A stretch of 64,000 nucleotides of DNA from the human T2T-CHM13v2.0 reference genome, Homo sapiens: NCBI RefSeq assembly GCF_009914755.1, contig NC_060927.1. One strand, given 5' to 3'. The notes beneath the pieces were generated by a model. That model saw only the letters and a program-made list of their open reading frames with translations. It was not told the origin of the DNA and searched no databases. This document shows positions 29,901 through 43,277 of the stretch, one piece after another (the stretch's first letter is position 1; every line of letters starts with the position of its first letter). Made by a program: the position numbers and the translations under genes.

Positions 29901-32900
29901 TGGGCCAGAACCCCACTGGAAGACTACAGTGGACACCTCTCTGAGGCCCACTCCAGCCAACTGGGTGGGTGAACTCAGCTTAGTCTCTTGACCTCTTTGG
30001 GCTGGGAGTACCCTTCTGAGCAGGTACCTTTGGGCCTCCAAGTCCCCAAGGGAAACAAAGAAAGGGACTTTCAATCCTAGCACAGAACCAAGAAAGGAAA
30101 CAGGTCAGGAAGGAGGTGGCCAAGGTACTTCTTGCATGCTGGACCTTGATGACGGGAGGCCCCACATCCCACATCAGCCTCCCTCTAGACTCCAGTGTGT
30201 CCACCCCACTCCCTCCTGGGGTAGGGCCCATCTAGCTGCTTCCAGCCAGTTGCCTGGTGCATGGTCGGTGCTTGCAGAGGGAGTGCCCTGCCTCTCTGTC
30301 TGTGCTTTCTGTAGGGGAGGATCCACTTTCAGACCCTCACACGCCCTGTTCCTTCTGCCTGGGACAGTGTACACCTCACCTGACGGAGCCTAAAGGTCAC
30401 TGCCTCTGGGAAGCCTTCCAGGACCACTTTAGTCAGGCCAGGCCCTGCACGCTTGTCTTGCTTTGTCCAGCTCCATCTCCTCTTCTGAGTGAGGGGACTC
30501 CCCAAGGGCAGGCCTGGGCCCCCAGCATGCCCTGGGCTGTGCCGGGGCTCTCAGGAGAGCTTTTAACTTCCTCTTATCTGCCATTCCTACTCCTGAACAC
30601 AGTCTGCTATCTTTCCCCTGGAAGAGCTGAGCAGGAGGGGAAGCAGCCACTTCACCTCAGCAAGACCTCTTGGATGCCGCTTTCTGGGTTTTTGCCACTC
30701 CCCTAGCAGCCATCTTCCCTGAGGGCTACCAGGGCTTCGGGCATCCATCTCTTCTCTTCCAGAGCTACCTTCTGCAGGAGAGATCGTGAGCAGGAAGGGA
30801 ACAGGGCTAGGAAAGGGGGCTGGGGGCTCCAGGGGAAGATCCCTGAAAGACACACTGCACCCCAGCTGTCTGTCCCTGCAGCATGCGATGGAGGCTGGGG
30901 GTGGGGGATGGGGGAGATGGCAGGGGCTGGTCCTCGGTCCAAATCCAGGTCACTCCCAGCCTGTTCAGCAGCCGCTCAGTAATTAGGGGCCAGCAGGACG
31001 TGGGCAGGCAGGTGGCAGGAAGCCTAATTGTCTGATTTTTCAGGTAATTAACAGGCGGCTGTCTGGCCAGTCCCCACGGGGCCCAGCATCCGCCACCCCA
31101 TCCCCTGGGCAGCCCTAGGTACCTAATGAGGCCAATTACTGAGTGGTGCCCAGGTTCTCATTAGCCACCTGGAAAGGTCATGTGGGACTGGCACCGGGGG
31201 GCAGGGCTCAGCCAGCCATGGTGGAGGCTGGGCCTCTCCCCGAGAAATCGGGGTGCAGCATGGACAGGCTGCTGGGCTCTGCTGCTGCCTGTTGAGGGGT
31301 AGCCCGTCCGACAGCTGGGACCTCTCTTCACAGCTCCCTTTTCAGGACAGCAGCTTTAGGTCAAACGCCAAACTCCCTTGCCACCTCCCAGCCATGTGGA
31401 CTTGGGTATGTCAAGCCCCAATCTGGCCCTGGGATTCCTGGATCAGAGATGATGGACGTAAAGCCCAGTAGGTGCCCCGCACGTGGGTGGGCACTCACCT
31501 TCCAACAGTGCCAATTCCTGTCCTGACTCTACTTGTGAGGAGCAAGAGGACAGAGGGGATAGAGCCTGAGGTCACCAACATGTCAGGAGCCCACTCTGCA
31601 GGGCCCTGGAGGCTGAGGGCAGCAGGGACAGCTCCCTGGGATTCACCCCAGGGGACCTCAGCACCTGGGTGGGGAGTCTTAGGAGGGGTCAGTAGAGGTG
31701 GCCAGACCAGGCTGGGGGTGCTCTAGAAATGGCTGGACATCCAGGGCATCTGAGCTGGAGGAGGAGGGGAAGCAGGCAATCACCAGGAAATGAGGGGATT
31801 CGGAGACCATGGTGGAGCCCTCCCCCTCCCTGGGTGCTCTGGGACATGTAGTGAAAGAGCCCGGAGTCCCCACGCTCCTGTCCGAGGCAAGAGCTCGTTT
31901 TGTCTTGGTCAATTCTCGCCATTTTCAGCCCAGGAAATCAGGGGAGGTCTGCATCCTAGGATGTTGAGCCTTTTGGGCTTCTGTGGCTCTTCTGTTTTAA
32001 GAATTTTGTGACCTAATTCCATGCTGACAAATTCCATGCTGTTCCGGCTTCTGTAATTGTCAGCTAACGCTACTTTTGGTCCTGCTGCTGGCCTAGAATC
32101 TAAGTTAAGGGTTTCCAAAATGTGTCCCCCAGGAGTTCTTGGGTAGAGGCGGAAGTGAGGGGTGAAGGGATACCTGACCCCACAACTGAAGCAGCTTGCC
32201 TTTGGTCACTGGGAAAATATTGGTAGCTGCCCCTTTGTGAGCTCTTGCCTTGTGCAGGAAATCCGTCTCTATGGTTGTGTTTTGTCTTCATAAAACCCCA
32301 AAAGGAAGATAACATCACAGTCCCATTTCCCAGATGAGGATGCTGAGGCTATTCCAGGCTAAGGCTGAGCAGCTTGCCTCAGGTCTCAGAGCTTATAGGA
32401 AGAGCCGGGACTTGGATCCAGTTTCCACTCTGAGCCACCGGGAATATGGGTTCCTTAGAAAAAAAACTAGCTGCAGGGTTGGGGATGTGTGTGTCACATT
32501 TATCTAAACTTGTTTCCTCCAAGTCGGGGTGTGGACGCTGGCCTCTCTGTCCCAGGGAAGCGTGGTTCTAGTGCCAGGTCACCCAAGGACCCCTGCATCC
32601 CGCCACGCAGTGTGGTGTCTGTGTGTTTGAGGGCCCGTCTGCCTGTTTCCCTTCCCTCTGCTGTGGGCTCTGCTTTGCTCACGGTCCAAACCAATAAGAT
32701 CCAGCCCAGAAATAGCATATGTTTCCAGCCTCTGCTCCTCCAAGTCATACATCGCCTGGTGTGATGTGTCCCTGTGTCAGCCTGCTTCAAGACTCAGGGC
32801 GGGGGTGGCTGAGGAGGGAGTGTGAGGAGCACGCAGGGCCACCTCCAGGTTGAGATTTAGAGGTGAAGAGCCGGGTGAGCCCAGGACACAGCCTCAGAAG

Positions 32901-33019
32901 GCAAGTGGGGACCAGTATTCCCTAGGCCTGGGGCCGGGTTGGGGGCTCAGCCTGGGTTGGGAGTCAGAGGTTGATGGCCCAGATTCATCCTGGGCCTAAG
33001 GGTTGAGACTTTAGAAACT

Positions 33020-33313
33020 AGCTGGGCACGGTGGCTCACGCCTGTAATCCCAGCACTTTGGGAGGCTGAGGCGGGTGGATCACCTGAGGTCAGGAGTTCG
33101 AGACCAGCCTGACCAACATGGAGAAACCCCATCTCTACTAAAAATACAAAAAATTAGCCAGGCGTGGTGGCGCGTGTCTGCAATCCCAGCTACTCAGGAG
33201 GCTGAGGCAGGAGAATCGCTTGAACACGGGAGGCGAAGGTTGTGGTGACCCAAGATCGTGTTATTGCACTCCAGCCTGGGCGACAAGAGCGAAACTCCGT
33301 CTCAAAAAAAAAA
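33020..33313 (+). mobile_element. Alu (Sp-like)
   Basis: CTGACCAACATGGAGAAACC diagnostic; TSD AGAAACTAG. Confidence 0.92.
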
Positions 33314-33643
33314 GAAACTAGAGTTGGGGCCCAAAGGTTTGGGCTTCAGTCTTGTCTAGCAGTCAGAGGTCCAGACTCAGCTTGGAGTTAGGAGTTAGAG
33401 GGCCGGGTTCACTGTTCACCGCAAACTGACCTTTGACCCTGACTCCGACCCCAAACTGAGCTTGGACCTTCATCCTCGTCAGGACTCAGGCTAGTCCCAA
33501 AGGCCACGACTGCCTGAGGAAGAGGTCCCCAAAGACCCAGAAGCCTTCCTATTTTCTGGAGACGACTCAGAGCAGGACTGGTAACAAAGAGATGCCTGAA
33601 AAATGGGCGTCTAGGGCTTGGACATGACCACGCACAGGGTGGT

Positions 33644-33800
33644 AGCCAGGTGCGGTGGCACGCGCCTGCAGTCCCAGCTACTCAGGAAGCTGAGGCAGGA
33701 GGATCGCCGGAGCCCAGAAGTTTGAGGTTACAGTGAACTATGACAGTGCCACTGCACTCCAGCCTGGATGACAGAGCAAGACCGTGACTCTAGAAAGAAA
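33644..33800 (+). mobile_element. Old Alu monomer (FRAM/FAM-like)
   Basis: Single right-arm-like monomer with AGGATCGC...GAGCCCAG. Confidence 0.75.
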
Positions 33801-36800
33801 GCAAAGGGCTTGGACCGAATCTTGTTCCCGAAGGCCTCCAGCCCCGGCTGCCTGCCTGCTCCCAGGGTGTGCTTCCCCTGAAAACTTGGCTGCTCATCTC
33901 TGAAATGTGGGTGATCACAGCACCCACCTTCACGTCGATCACGCTCCCTCTGGGTTGCCGATTTCTACCCTCAAGGCTGTAGCCTCGAGGGACCAGGGGT
34001 AGCTGAGATATTAAGTGCGGATGAGTGTTTGAGGCGGGTGTGTGAGACACCTAGCGTGGGTTCGTGCCCCTTCCCTACCTCCACGGCATGGGGGCCTCAG
34101 GGACGGGGCTGAGCCAAGGCTGTAGGTCCCCAGTCACAGCCCAGGGCCCCATCACTTCCCAGGCTACCTCCAAGAGGTAGCCCTGCGGCCTGTTCAGGCC
34201 TCATATGTCCCACCTGAGCAGGGGACAGGCAGTACTGTCCAGGGAATCTTTTCCAGGCCTCCATTCGGCCAGCTGGGTTTTCCCGCCTCTTCTCCATTCT
34301 GGGCCCAGCGTGGAGAGACATTTGGGGACCAGCCCACATGGCGGCCAGTGGAGGAGCCAGGGTGGAGTAAGCAAGCAGGAATGAGAGGCCAGCGGGCAGC
34401 GGAAAAGGGTGCGAGGGGGAAGCCTTATCACAGGCTTCTCTGTTCTCACCTCCCACGGGGCCTGGTCACAAACCGGCCTCAGGCACCAACCCACAACTGG
34501 GGCAAGAGGTCTCCCCTCCCCAGGGGACCACAGGAAGATTCAACCAAGGGGGAAACCAGTCCTGTGTGAGGGGCAGAGGGGTGGGGGCTGGAGGAGGAGA
34601 GCACCCCTGGGGGACAGCAGTGGTGGAGTTCAGAGCCAGCAAGGGAGGGGTGGACGACAGGGGGATTGCTCTGCTGCCCAGCATGGGAGGCCTCCAGGGT
34701 TTGGCTGTCAAAGTCCCGGTCACCTCCTCCAGCTGAGCTATTAATACCCAGCTACGACCCACGCACCCTTGCTGGGAGGACGCCGAGTTCCTCAGGGAGC
34801 TAAAAATGGTTTCCCATGGGGGCAGGCAAGCCCTCCTCCCTCTCTTCTTGTCAGAGGAGCTAAGGCCAAAGGCCAGGCTGGCTTGGAAGGGGACGGGGCC
34901 AGAGTGGAGGGGCAGAGAGAAGCGGGTGGCTGAGGATTCCAGTTGGGAGCAGGAAGGCACTCATCCAGTCCAATCCCCATTGCTCAGAAACCCGAGAGGG
35001 AGGGGGCTTGCCAGTGGCCCGTTCCAGGAGGGGACCACACCAAGGTCTCCTGGCTCCTTGCCCCCATCCGGACTTTCTCCTTTCCCTCAGGTCTTCGTTT
35101 GGGCCTCCCCAGGCTGCAGTGGGGCTGGAGACTGAGGACTGCCTGTCACCTCCTGCCAGGAGGGGCCTAGAGGAAAAAAGGGGGCTCCAGGGAGACGTTT
35201 GGAGCCTCTGGTAGGAGCTGGGCTGCCTAAAGCATGGCCACTTATGTTTCTGTTTCATGTGCAAAATCTTGTTTATCCACAGCATTGTCTGAGAAGGGAA
35301 TTACTGGCAGCACCATTTTACAGATAACAAAATTGAGGCTCAGTCATCTCCCCAGAGCTTGAGCTGGAAGGAGCCAGGCTGCCTGACTCCAGACCCTATC
35401 CTGTGTTGCCTCCTGTTATGGGTTATTGGAAAAGGAGATTTCCTGGTGTGTTAGCCGGGGGCCCACGAAAAAGGTGTTTCCATCCCAATGTCCTGGTCAT
35501 CACAGTGTCCGGGCCCACTGAGGGGCATGGACCAAGAATGAGGAGGCTGCACGGGTGCCCTTCTGCATTGACCAACCCTCCTGCCTGGACCCATTGGCCA
35601 CTTCTTTCTCCATTCCTGGGGCTCAAGGGCACATCCTCAAGGCCTGTGCTGGTCTTCTGGCCTCAAGGCCACCCAAGGCCACCTGTTTCCTGCTGTGTCC
35701 TTTTTTCTCATGGCAGATGCTCTAGGGTCCAGACATAGACCCCAGAAGAGTGCAGACTTGGCCAGCAGATTCCAGACAAGAGAGTGGCTGACAGAGGTGT
35801 CAGCCCCAGAGGTCCCCCCGTGCTGGAAATCCCGACAGCTGCCTGGCTAATAGATCCTGGGTACCAAGCCCTGACCCCGGGCAGCCAGCGGCCGTGTCAG
35901 GGGTCCAGAGAAGTTGGGGGAGGTGATGGCTGGAGCCAGGGCAGTCTGCCTGTGGTTAGCGAGGCCGTCAACACCTTCTGGGTTGCCAAGGCAGAGTGGG
36001 GTAGGGGTCTGGGAGAGGGGTCCTGCCCTGGCCTGGAGAGAGACAGTCTCTGGCCTGGCCTGGAGGTAAGGGTAGAGGCAGCTTCTGCCCTAAGGGTTCT
36101 GGGAAGGCTAAAGGATGTAGGCTGAAGGAGACCTGGCTCTAGCTTAGGAATGTAAGGAGGGAGACAGGCCCCTGGCCTTTGGAGCTGGTAGAGGGGGTTT
36201 ATTTCCTAATGGCTGGTGGGGACTGGGGTGCTGAGGGGTTGTCTCAGACTGACTTCACTTCTCCATCCAGGAAATGAGCTGGCCTAACTCTGCCTGGATT
36301 TTCCTCAGCCCCTGGGGAGGGTCCTTGCCTTTGAGCTGGGGTAGGGAGAGACTGGCCACCCTCAGAGACCGGGTTCCAAAGGAGCCTCTCCCGGGATGGG
36401 CCCAGGGTGGCTGCCACCTCCTACCTGCTCCCTTGCCCCCCATGCCTTCGGTTCTCCTAATGTCCTAACATCCACATGCTCTCCTGCTCTGGGGCCACTC
36501 TCCAGGCAGTCTTCCTAGATTGATACAGGCTGGGAGGAACCATGTTCCCAACGCCCAAAGCAGGCCTGGAGCACCCCTGCCTGCCCCTGCTCTTAGGAAC
36601 CCTCCCCAGCAAGGCCTGGCCTGAGGCCGTGGGCCTCCACCTTCCTTTTCCTGTTCTTTTCTCGGTGCTGCCTCTCTCCAGGCTGTCTCCTACACAGCAG
36701 CCCTCTGGTTCTCCCTTGTGTCTCTCCATCTTGTTTCCCTGGGTTTTATCTTTGTCCCTTGGTTTCAGACTCAGACCCGGCTGTGTCTCTGGTTCAGTCT

Positions 36801-38099
36801 CCATTCTGCCTCTCTGCCTCTGCAGTTGGACTGGTGACTCCCTGTCCCCTCTCTAGCTCTGCTTGGCTCTCTCTTGTCCTGTCTCTGATTATCTCCACCT
36901 CTTTGTCATTGTGACTCTGGAACCCTCCCTGCCTGGCCAGGATGCCTGCTCAGACATCTGCTCCAACTGCCACGCACTGGGCCCCATGAAGAGCTTAGGG
37001 GACTTGTAGTCTCAGCTCTGGCCCAGTGCCAGGGGAGCTCCTGTGATTCCCAGGAGGCAAGCGAGGGAGAGACGAGACAGAGGGCCGCGTGCCTGCTCTG
37101 CTTGTCCCTTGGGGAGCCTAATGATGCTGGGCCTCCCCTTGGTCAGGCCATTGGCCATGCCCCCCCACCCTGGCTCCCAACTCCCAGCACCACATGGCTC
37201 ATGGTCACCCCCAACGCCCCCACTATGGCTGTGTGACCCTGGATGAGTTTCTGAGCCTCAGTTTCCTCTTCGACAGAGTGGAACCAATTCCAAGGCCAGC
37301 TTCAGCAGGCATCAGAAGGTTAAATGTCAATGCACATGGCAGGCATCTGGCACTGTGCCCAGCATGCTGTGGCGCTCAGTAGAGTCCCCGTTACCATCAC
37401 TGTGGCGGTTATTCTTCAGGATCCCCAGAGCCATGGCCAGTCGGATGGGGGCTGGGTGGAGCCTCTGCTGCTTGTCCCCATGTGCACCCTGCGTCCCACG
37501 CCCGTCCTTCCTCTGCTGGGCAGTAGACGCCCCCACAACCTGGGACCTGCCTGTCTTCGGAGCCAGTCTGAATTGTACACAGTGATGCTCACCCAATTAA
37601 TTTTCACTGGCTTGGGGATATATTTTTTTTAAGAAGACATTTTTCCAGGGGGAAAAACACGCAGGAGCTATAATTAGTTGGGAAGAGGAAAGAAGAGCGG
37701 AGTGTGTGAATCACCAGCCCCAGTGACAGACTGTTGGAGCCGAGCAGAAGTTTCAAGAGAAGCCACTGGGTTGTGGGTGAGTTGGGGTGGTGTGTCGTGG
37801 GGATGGCGCGCTGCCGCAGGCAGGCTGGGGTCCTGGAACACCAGGTCCAGGGATGGGCACCTTCACCCCTCACCCTGAAGAGTCTTTTGCCCCGCCTCTC
37901 CCCAGACCCTGTCACCCGACACCCTATCCCAGCGTTCAGCTTCCCTGCAGCTCCTGTCTGCCCTGACTGACCCCAGGACCTCTCCCCTCCCCAGTCCTTG
38001 CTGACACAAGCCTGAGCAGAGAGACTAGCACTCAAATGAGGAGAGAGAAACTGTAGAGGATTTGAGCTCCAGGGTTTGGAGACTGTCCAGTCCAACTCC

Positions 38100-38155
38100 T
38101 TATTCATTCATTCATTCATTCATTCATTCATTCATGCATGCATGCATTCATTCAC
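38100..38155 (+). repeat. (ATTC)n microsatellite, probably an L2 tail
   Basis: Seen directly; followed by L2-end/MIR-like sequence. Confidence 0.85.
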
Positions 38156-41100
38156 TTAGTCATCAAATACTGAACTACTGCTCTGTGCCTAGCCCACAGA
38201 CAAGCAAACTGAGGCCCAGGGAAGTGCCAGGCCTTGCCCAAGGCCATACATCTGTGAGTGGTGCAGCCTCTCTGCCTGTCCGTCATCACTAGCTCTGCTG
38301 AGCCAGGCCCTGGCCAGGGCTCTGACCACCAAGGTGACCACAACTGGAACCCACTCTCACAGAGCCCCTATCCCAATGGGGAAGCAACCAGGTACCTGTT
38401 AGACAAGGAGCCTGGAGGTAGTTCCTGACCAGCCTGGTGGACATGGAGGACTTCCCAGGGGAGGAGGAAAAGCAGCATGACAGCGGCCATCATGCTGGGA
38501 AGGACCTTAAATGACTCAGTGTGCCTAAGCTCGGGGAGTGGCAGGAATTGGGGTCAGGGTTGCTAGAGAGTGAGGCTTCTTGGACCAGGTCATTACAATG
38601 CCCATTTTGCCCACATTTCTCCTGAGCTCCTGCCTGAATGGGCATGACCTGCTGGCCAGGGGCACCCTGGGGCAATGCTCACCATGTGGACTTGGTCCTT
38701 GGAGACCCTCCACTAGTTCTTCCTGATGCCGGGAGCACCAGTCAGTCAGTGGACCGGACAGTCAGTGACCAAGGAGTGTGGCCCTGGGTTTCTCCCTCCC
38801 TCCTTCTCCCCTGGCTGAGGACCGGCTGCCTGACTCTCTAGGGGCCCCAGCTCAGGCCTCAGGAGGGAGCACACTGGAGCAGTGTGGCCTGGAACTGAGA
38901 GCAGAGGCCCCAGGTCCCCAGGGAGGGGATGCTTCCTCCCCTGGGAGAGCGTGGCATCATTCGGCACACAGAGAGCTCCCTTCTAACCCCAGACCAAATT
39001 AGCCTTCCAAATTATAGGCTGCGTTTCCTCTAAATTGGAGACTGGGTGGGAGAACAGAGGCCCGGCTCTCCTTCCTGCTTCCTGTTCACAGAGGGCCCTC
39101 AGTTGGTCTAGTCCCAGATCACAGGACCACATTCAGAAAGAATTCAGGACACACACACCCTCCTGCCCCTCAGTTCAGGGATCCCCAGGTCCCAGACCAG
39201 CATCCAGGGCTCAGGGGAAGCCTGTACCCTTCTGGGGTTTGACAACGAACTTAGAGCCAGCATGGTTCAGATAAGGCCAACCCAGAGTTCTGAGGTCATT
39301 TTCCGGGGGGAAGTCATTCATTCAAAAAACACTTTCTGGGTACATTCTCTGTGCCAGGTACAGGACAGAATGAGAAGGTGCACAGGTGGCTGTGGGAATG
39401 CCTGGTGAGGTTAGGGAGGGCTTCCTGGAGGAAGAGGCATATAAACTGAGACCCCAAAAAATGAATGTGCTCTTGGTGAGGGGAAGAGAGGGGAAGACAA
39501 TTATAGGAGGAAGGAGCATTGAACGAAAATCCCAGGAGCAGAGAGTGAGGGAGTGGGCATCAAGAAGTGGGTGGAAACATTGGTTTGTCCAGATTAGGGG
39601 GTGGGGAGGAGTGTCAGTCAGCCACATTGGGAGGATTGCATTTCATCAGGGAGGAGGCCTTTGAGCAGGGGTGAGGGGGTGGGGGGTGCTGTGCAGAAGC
39701 AGGGCTGGACCCATTGCCTGACCCAAACAGAGGGCTCCTTGGGATCTCTCACACTGGCCTCCCTTAGGCCCCTTCCACATGGCCTCAGGCCTTTGGAGAA
39801 ATAATTAAATTTACTTCAAGGAAAACATGGGACACGGGTTTTATTTCACGTGACCTGAAATGAAGGTGGCTTCCTATGTTTTTGCTAATTGACTTGGGAC
39901 TTTTTGTGGTTTTCTTTTAGAAGAAAATTATTCTAGATGTTGAGAATAAGTGCAATTATTGTTTGGTGCTGCATGCAGAAATAAAAGGAAAACACCTCCC
40001 TGAGCTCACCCACCCCTGTGTTACAGAAGAGACAAGTGAGGTGGGGAGGGGAGGCCCCATAGCCGTGGCAGCCACAGTGATTGCTCCGGGGCAGGAGAGG
40101 GATGGCTTTCAGGGCTCAAATAGGACAGAGGATGCTTAGTGGGGAATATTCCTAACGGGGTGGAAGAGAGGAACTGGGAGATCCTCCAGCTCCTGATCTC
40201 ACTTGCATACCTCTCCAGACACAGAGCTCACTGCTTACCAACTGCCTGGTAAATTTGCCCAGCTGCAGCTGTTGGACAGTCCTTCTTGAGTGAGGTGCTT
40301 CTCCCCTCAAACTCCCAGCCAAGGTTTTCTGCATCCTAACCTCTACCCACCCTCTGCCCCCAACTTTTCATCTTTCCCGCCTCGGCCTGAATGGAGTCTG
40401 GGGTCAGGGTGGACTCCGTGGGTAGGGCCCTGGGCTTCTGCAGGCTGCATAACACTAGCTGCCCATCTGATCTGTCCTGGGAATATGGCCCCAGATGGCT
40501 GAGGTGGGTTCCAGGCTAGAGCCTCCCCAGCTGGCTGCCAACATGTGCGTGTGAGGAGAGGCACACAGTCTGTTTCCTGGATGCCTGGCCTGTCAGCCTG
40601 CACATCCTGCCTGGACTGACCAGGTTGAGGACACAAGCCAGCGGGTAGAGGCAGGGCCAGACAATTTCATGGGCATTGACAGACAAGTGGAGCACCCCAT
40701 TAGTGACCTCCCTCACTCAGCACACATCTGTTCGGCCCCTGCCACGTGTCTGGCCCTGTGATGGACACTAGGCCCTCAGAAATGAATTAGCCATGAACCC
40801 ACACCCTGCCCTCCTAGACCAGGAGCCCTGGGTCTAGACAGGCATGGGGAGACCACAGGGAACAGTACAAAACCTGCAGCCCTGGCCACACCAGCAAAAT
40901 CAACTCCAGACTTTTGGGAGTAAAATCCTACCGAAGCCACCTTCCACCCAGCAGCCAGAGAAGGACCTCTCAAAATCACCCCTGACCTCCTGCTCCTTCT
41001 GCATGGCCTGTCACGGCTCCCCAGTGCTGGACCTATGAGGCCCTGTGTGCCCCTGATCCCACCCACACTCCAGCCTCCTCCCTGGAACTCGACTCCCTCC

Positions 41101-41481
41101 CTCCACTCCAGCTGCCCCAAATGCTCTCGGGTTTTCATGGTCCCTCTAGCCATCTGGCCCTTGCCCAGGTTTTTCTCTCTGCCTGGAATATGTTCTCTGT
41201 CCTTTTCACCTGCTAACTCCTACTTACTCTTCAGATCCCAGCCCTCTCCCAGGGCAGCTTGCTCAGCCCCCAGACTATGACAGCTGTCATGGCATCTGCT
41301 CCTGTAGCCCCTTGCTCTGCTCCTCATGGAATCTGCAGTGAGAACCTTAACTGTATGCTTATTCGATTGGTGTCTGCACCCACTACAAAAAGCAGGCTGT
41401 GTTCTCTTGGTCACTGCTCTATCCCATCACCTCACCCCCTGGATGAGCCCTGGAGCAGATGCTTAATCAATATATGTTCAA

Positions 41482-41765
41482 GCCAGGCACGGTGACTCAC
41501 ACCTGTAATCCCAGCACTTTGGGAGGCTGAGGTGGGTGGATCACCTGACGTCAGGATTTCGAGACCAGCCTGGCCAACGTGGTGAAACCCTGTCTCTACC
41601 AAACTCACAAAAAGTAGTCGGGCATGGTGGTGCGCACCTGTAATCCCGGCTTCTTGGGAGAATGAGGTGGGAGAGTGACTTGAACCCCAGAGGCGGAAGC
41701 TGCAGTGAGTTGAGATGCACTACTGCACTCCAGCTTGGGCGACAGAGTGAGACTCCATTTCAAAA

Positions 41766-41782
<17 letters not shown>
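41482..41782 (+). mobile_element. Alu followed by (AT)n(GT)n
   Basis: Alu consensus; A tail; microsatellite at ~41783-41824. Confidence 0.92.
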
Positions 41783-41824
<42 letters not shown>

Positions 41825-41853
41825 CCAGTGTGGAGTAAATAAATATAAAAACC

Positions 41854-42139
41854 TATCTAGTATCAACTGAAATGTTTCCATTCCATTGTTGTAGTTAACA
41901 TCATGAATGGACTTCCTAAGCTGATTACCCCACTGTGGGAACCAAATTGGATTCCTACTTTGTTGGAGTCTCTTTCCAGATTTTAACAATTTACCATCCC
42001 ATTCTCTGCCCTGTGATTTTTTAAAAGCTTATTCAATGTTCTGCAGCATTGTGATTGTATGCTGGCTACACTGCTTTTAGAATGCTCTTTCTCATGAAGC
42101 AAGGAAATAAATTTGTTTGAAATGACAAAAATAAATAAA
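41854..42139 (+). pseudogene. 5'-truncated processed retrocopy of an mRNA 3' UTR (parent tentatively DAZAP2)
   Basis: 18-bp direct repeat TAAATAAATATAAAAACC at 41836-41853 and 42140-42157; AATAAA at 42106-42111, A-rich tail from 42127; AT-rich non-TE sequence; parent identity from memory only. Confidence 0.8.
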
Positions 42140-42195
42140 TAAATAAATATAAAAACCAGTGTTTCCGCTAGTAGAAATTTAAGGTCAGGATATCA

Positions 42196-42546
<351 letters not shown>

Positions 42547-42733
42547 TCATGCTGAGGATGTCACAAAGATGGCTACTCTCAATCATAAAATGTAACCATC
42601 CCTGAGCCAGCCCCAATGTCACTGGCAGTGGCTGGTTCCCAGGCAGCCGGGAAGCTAACCACAGCAGTAGTAACACTGACCATGTGTTGGGAGCCACCTG
42701 GGCGCCGAACGAGTGAGGAAATTTTTTCAATGA

Positions 42734-43277
<544 letters not shown>

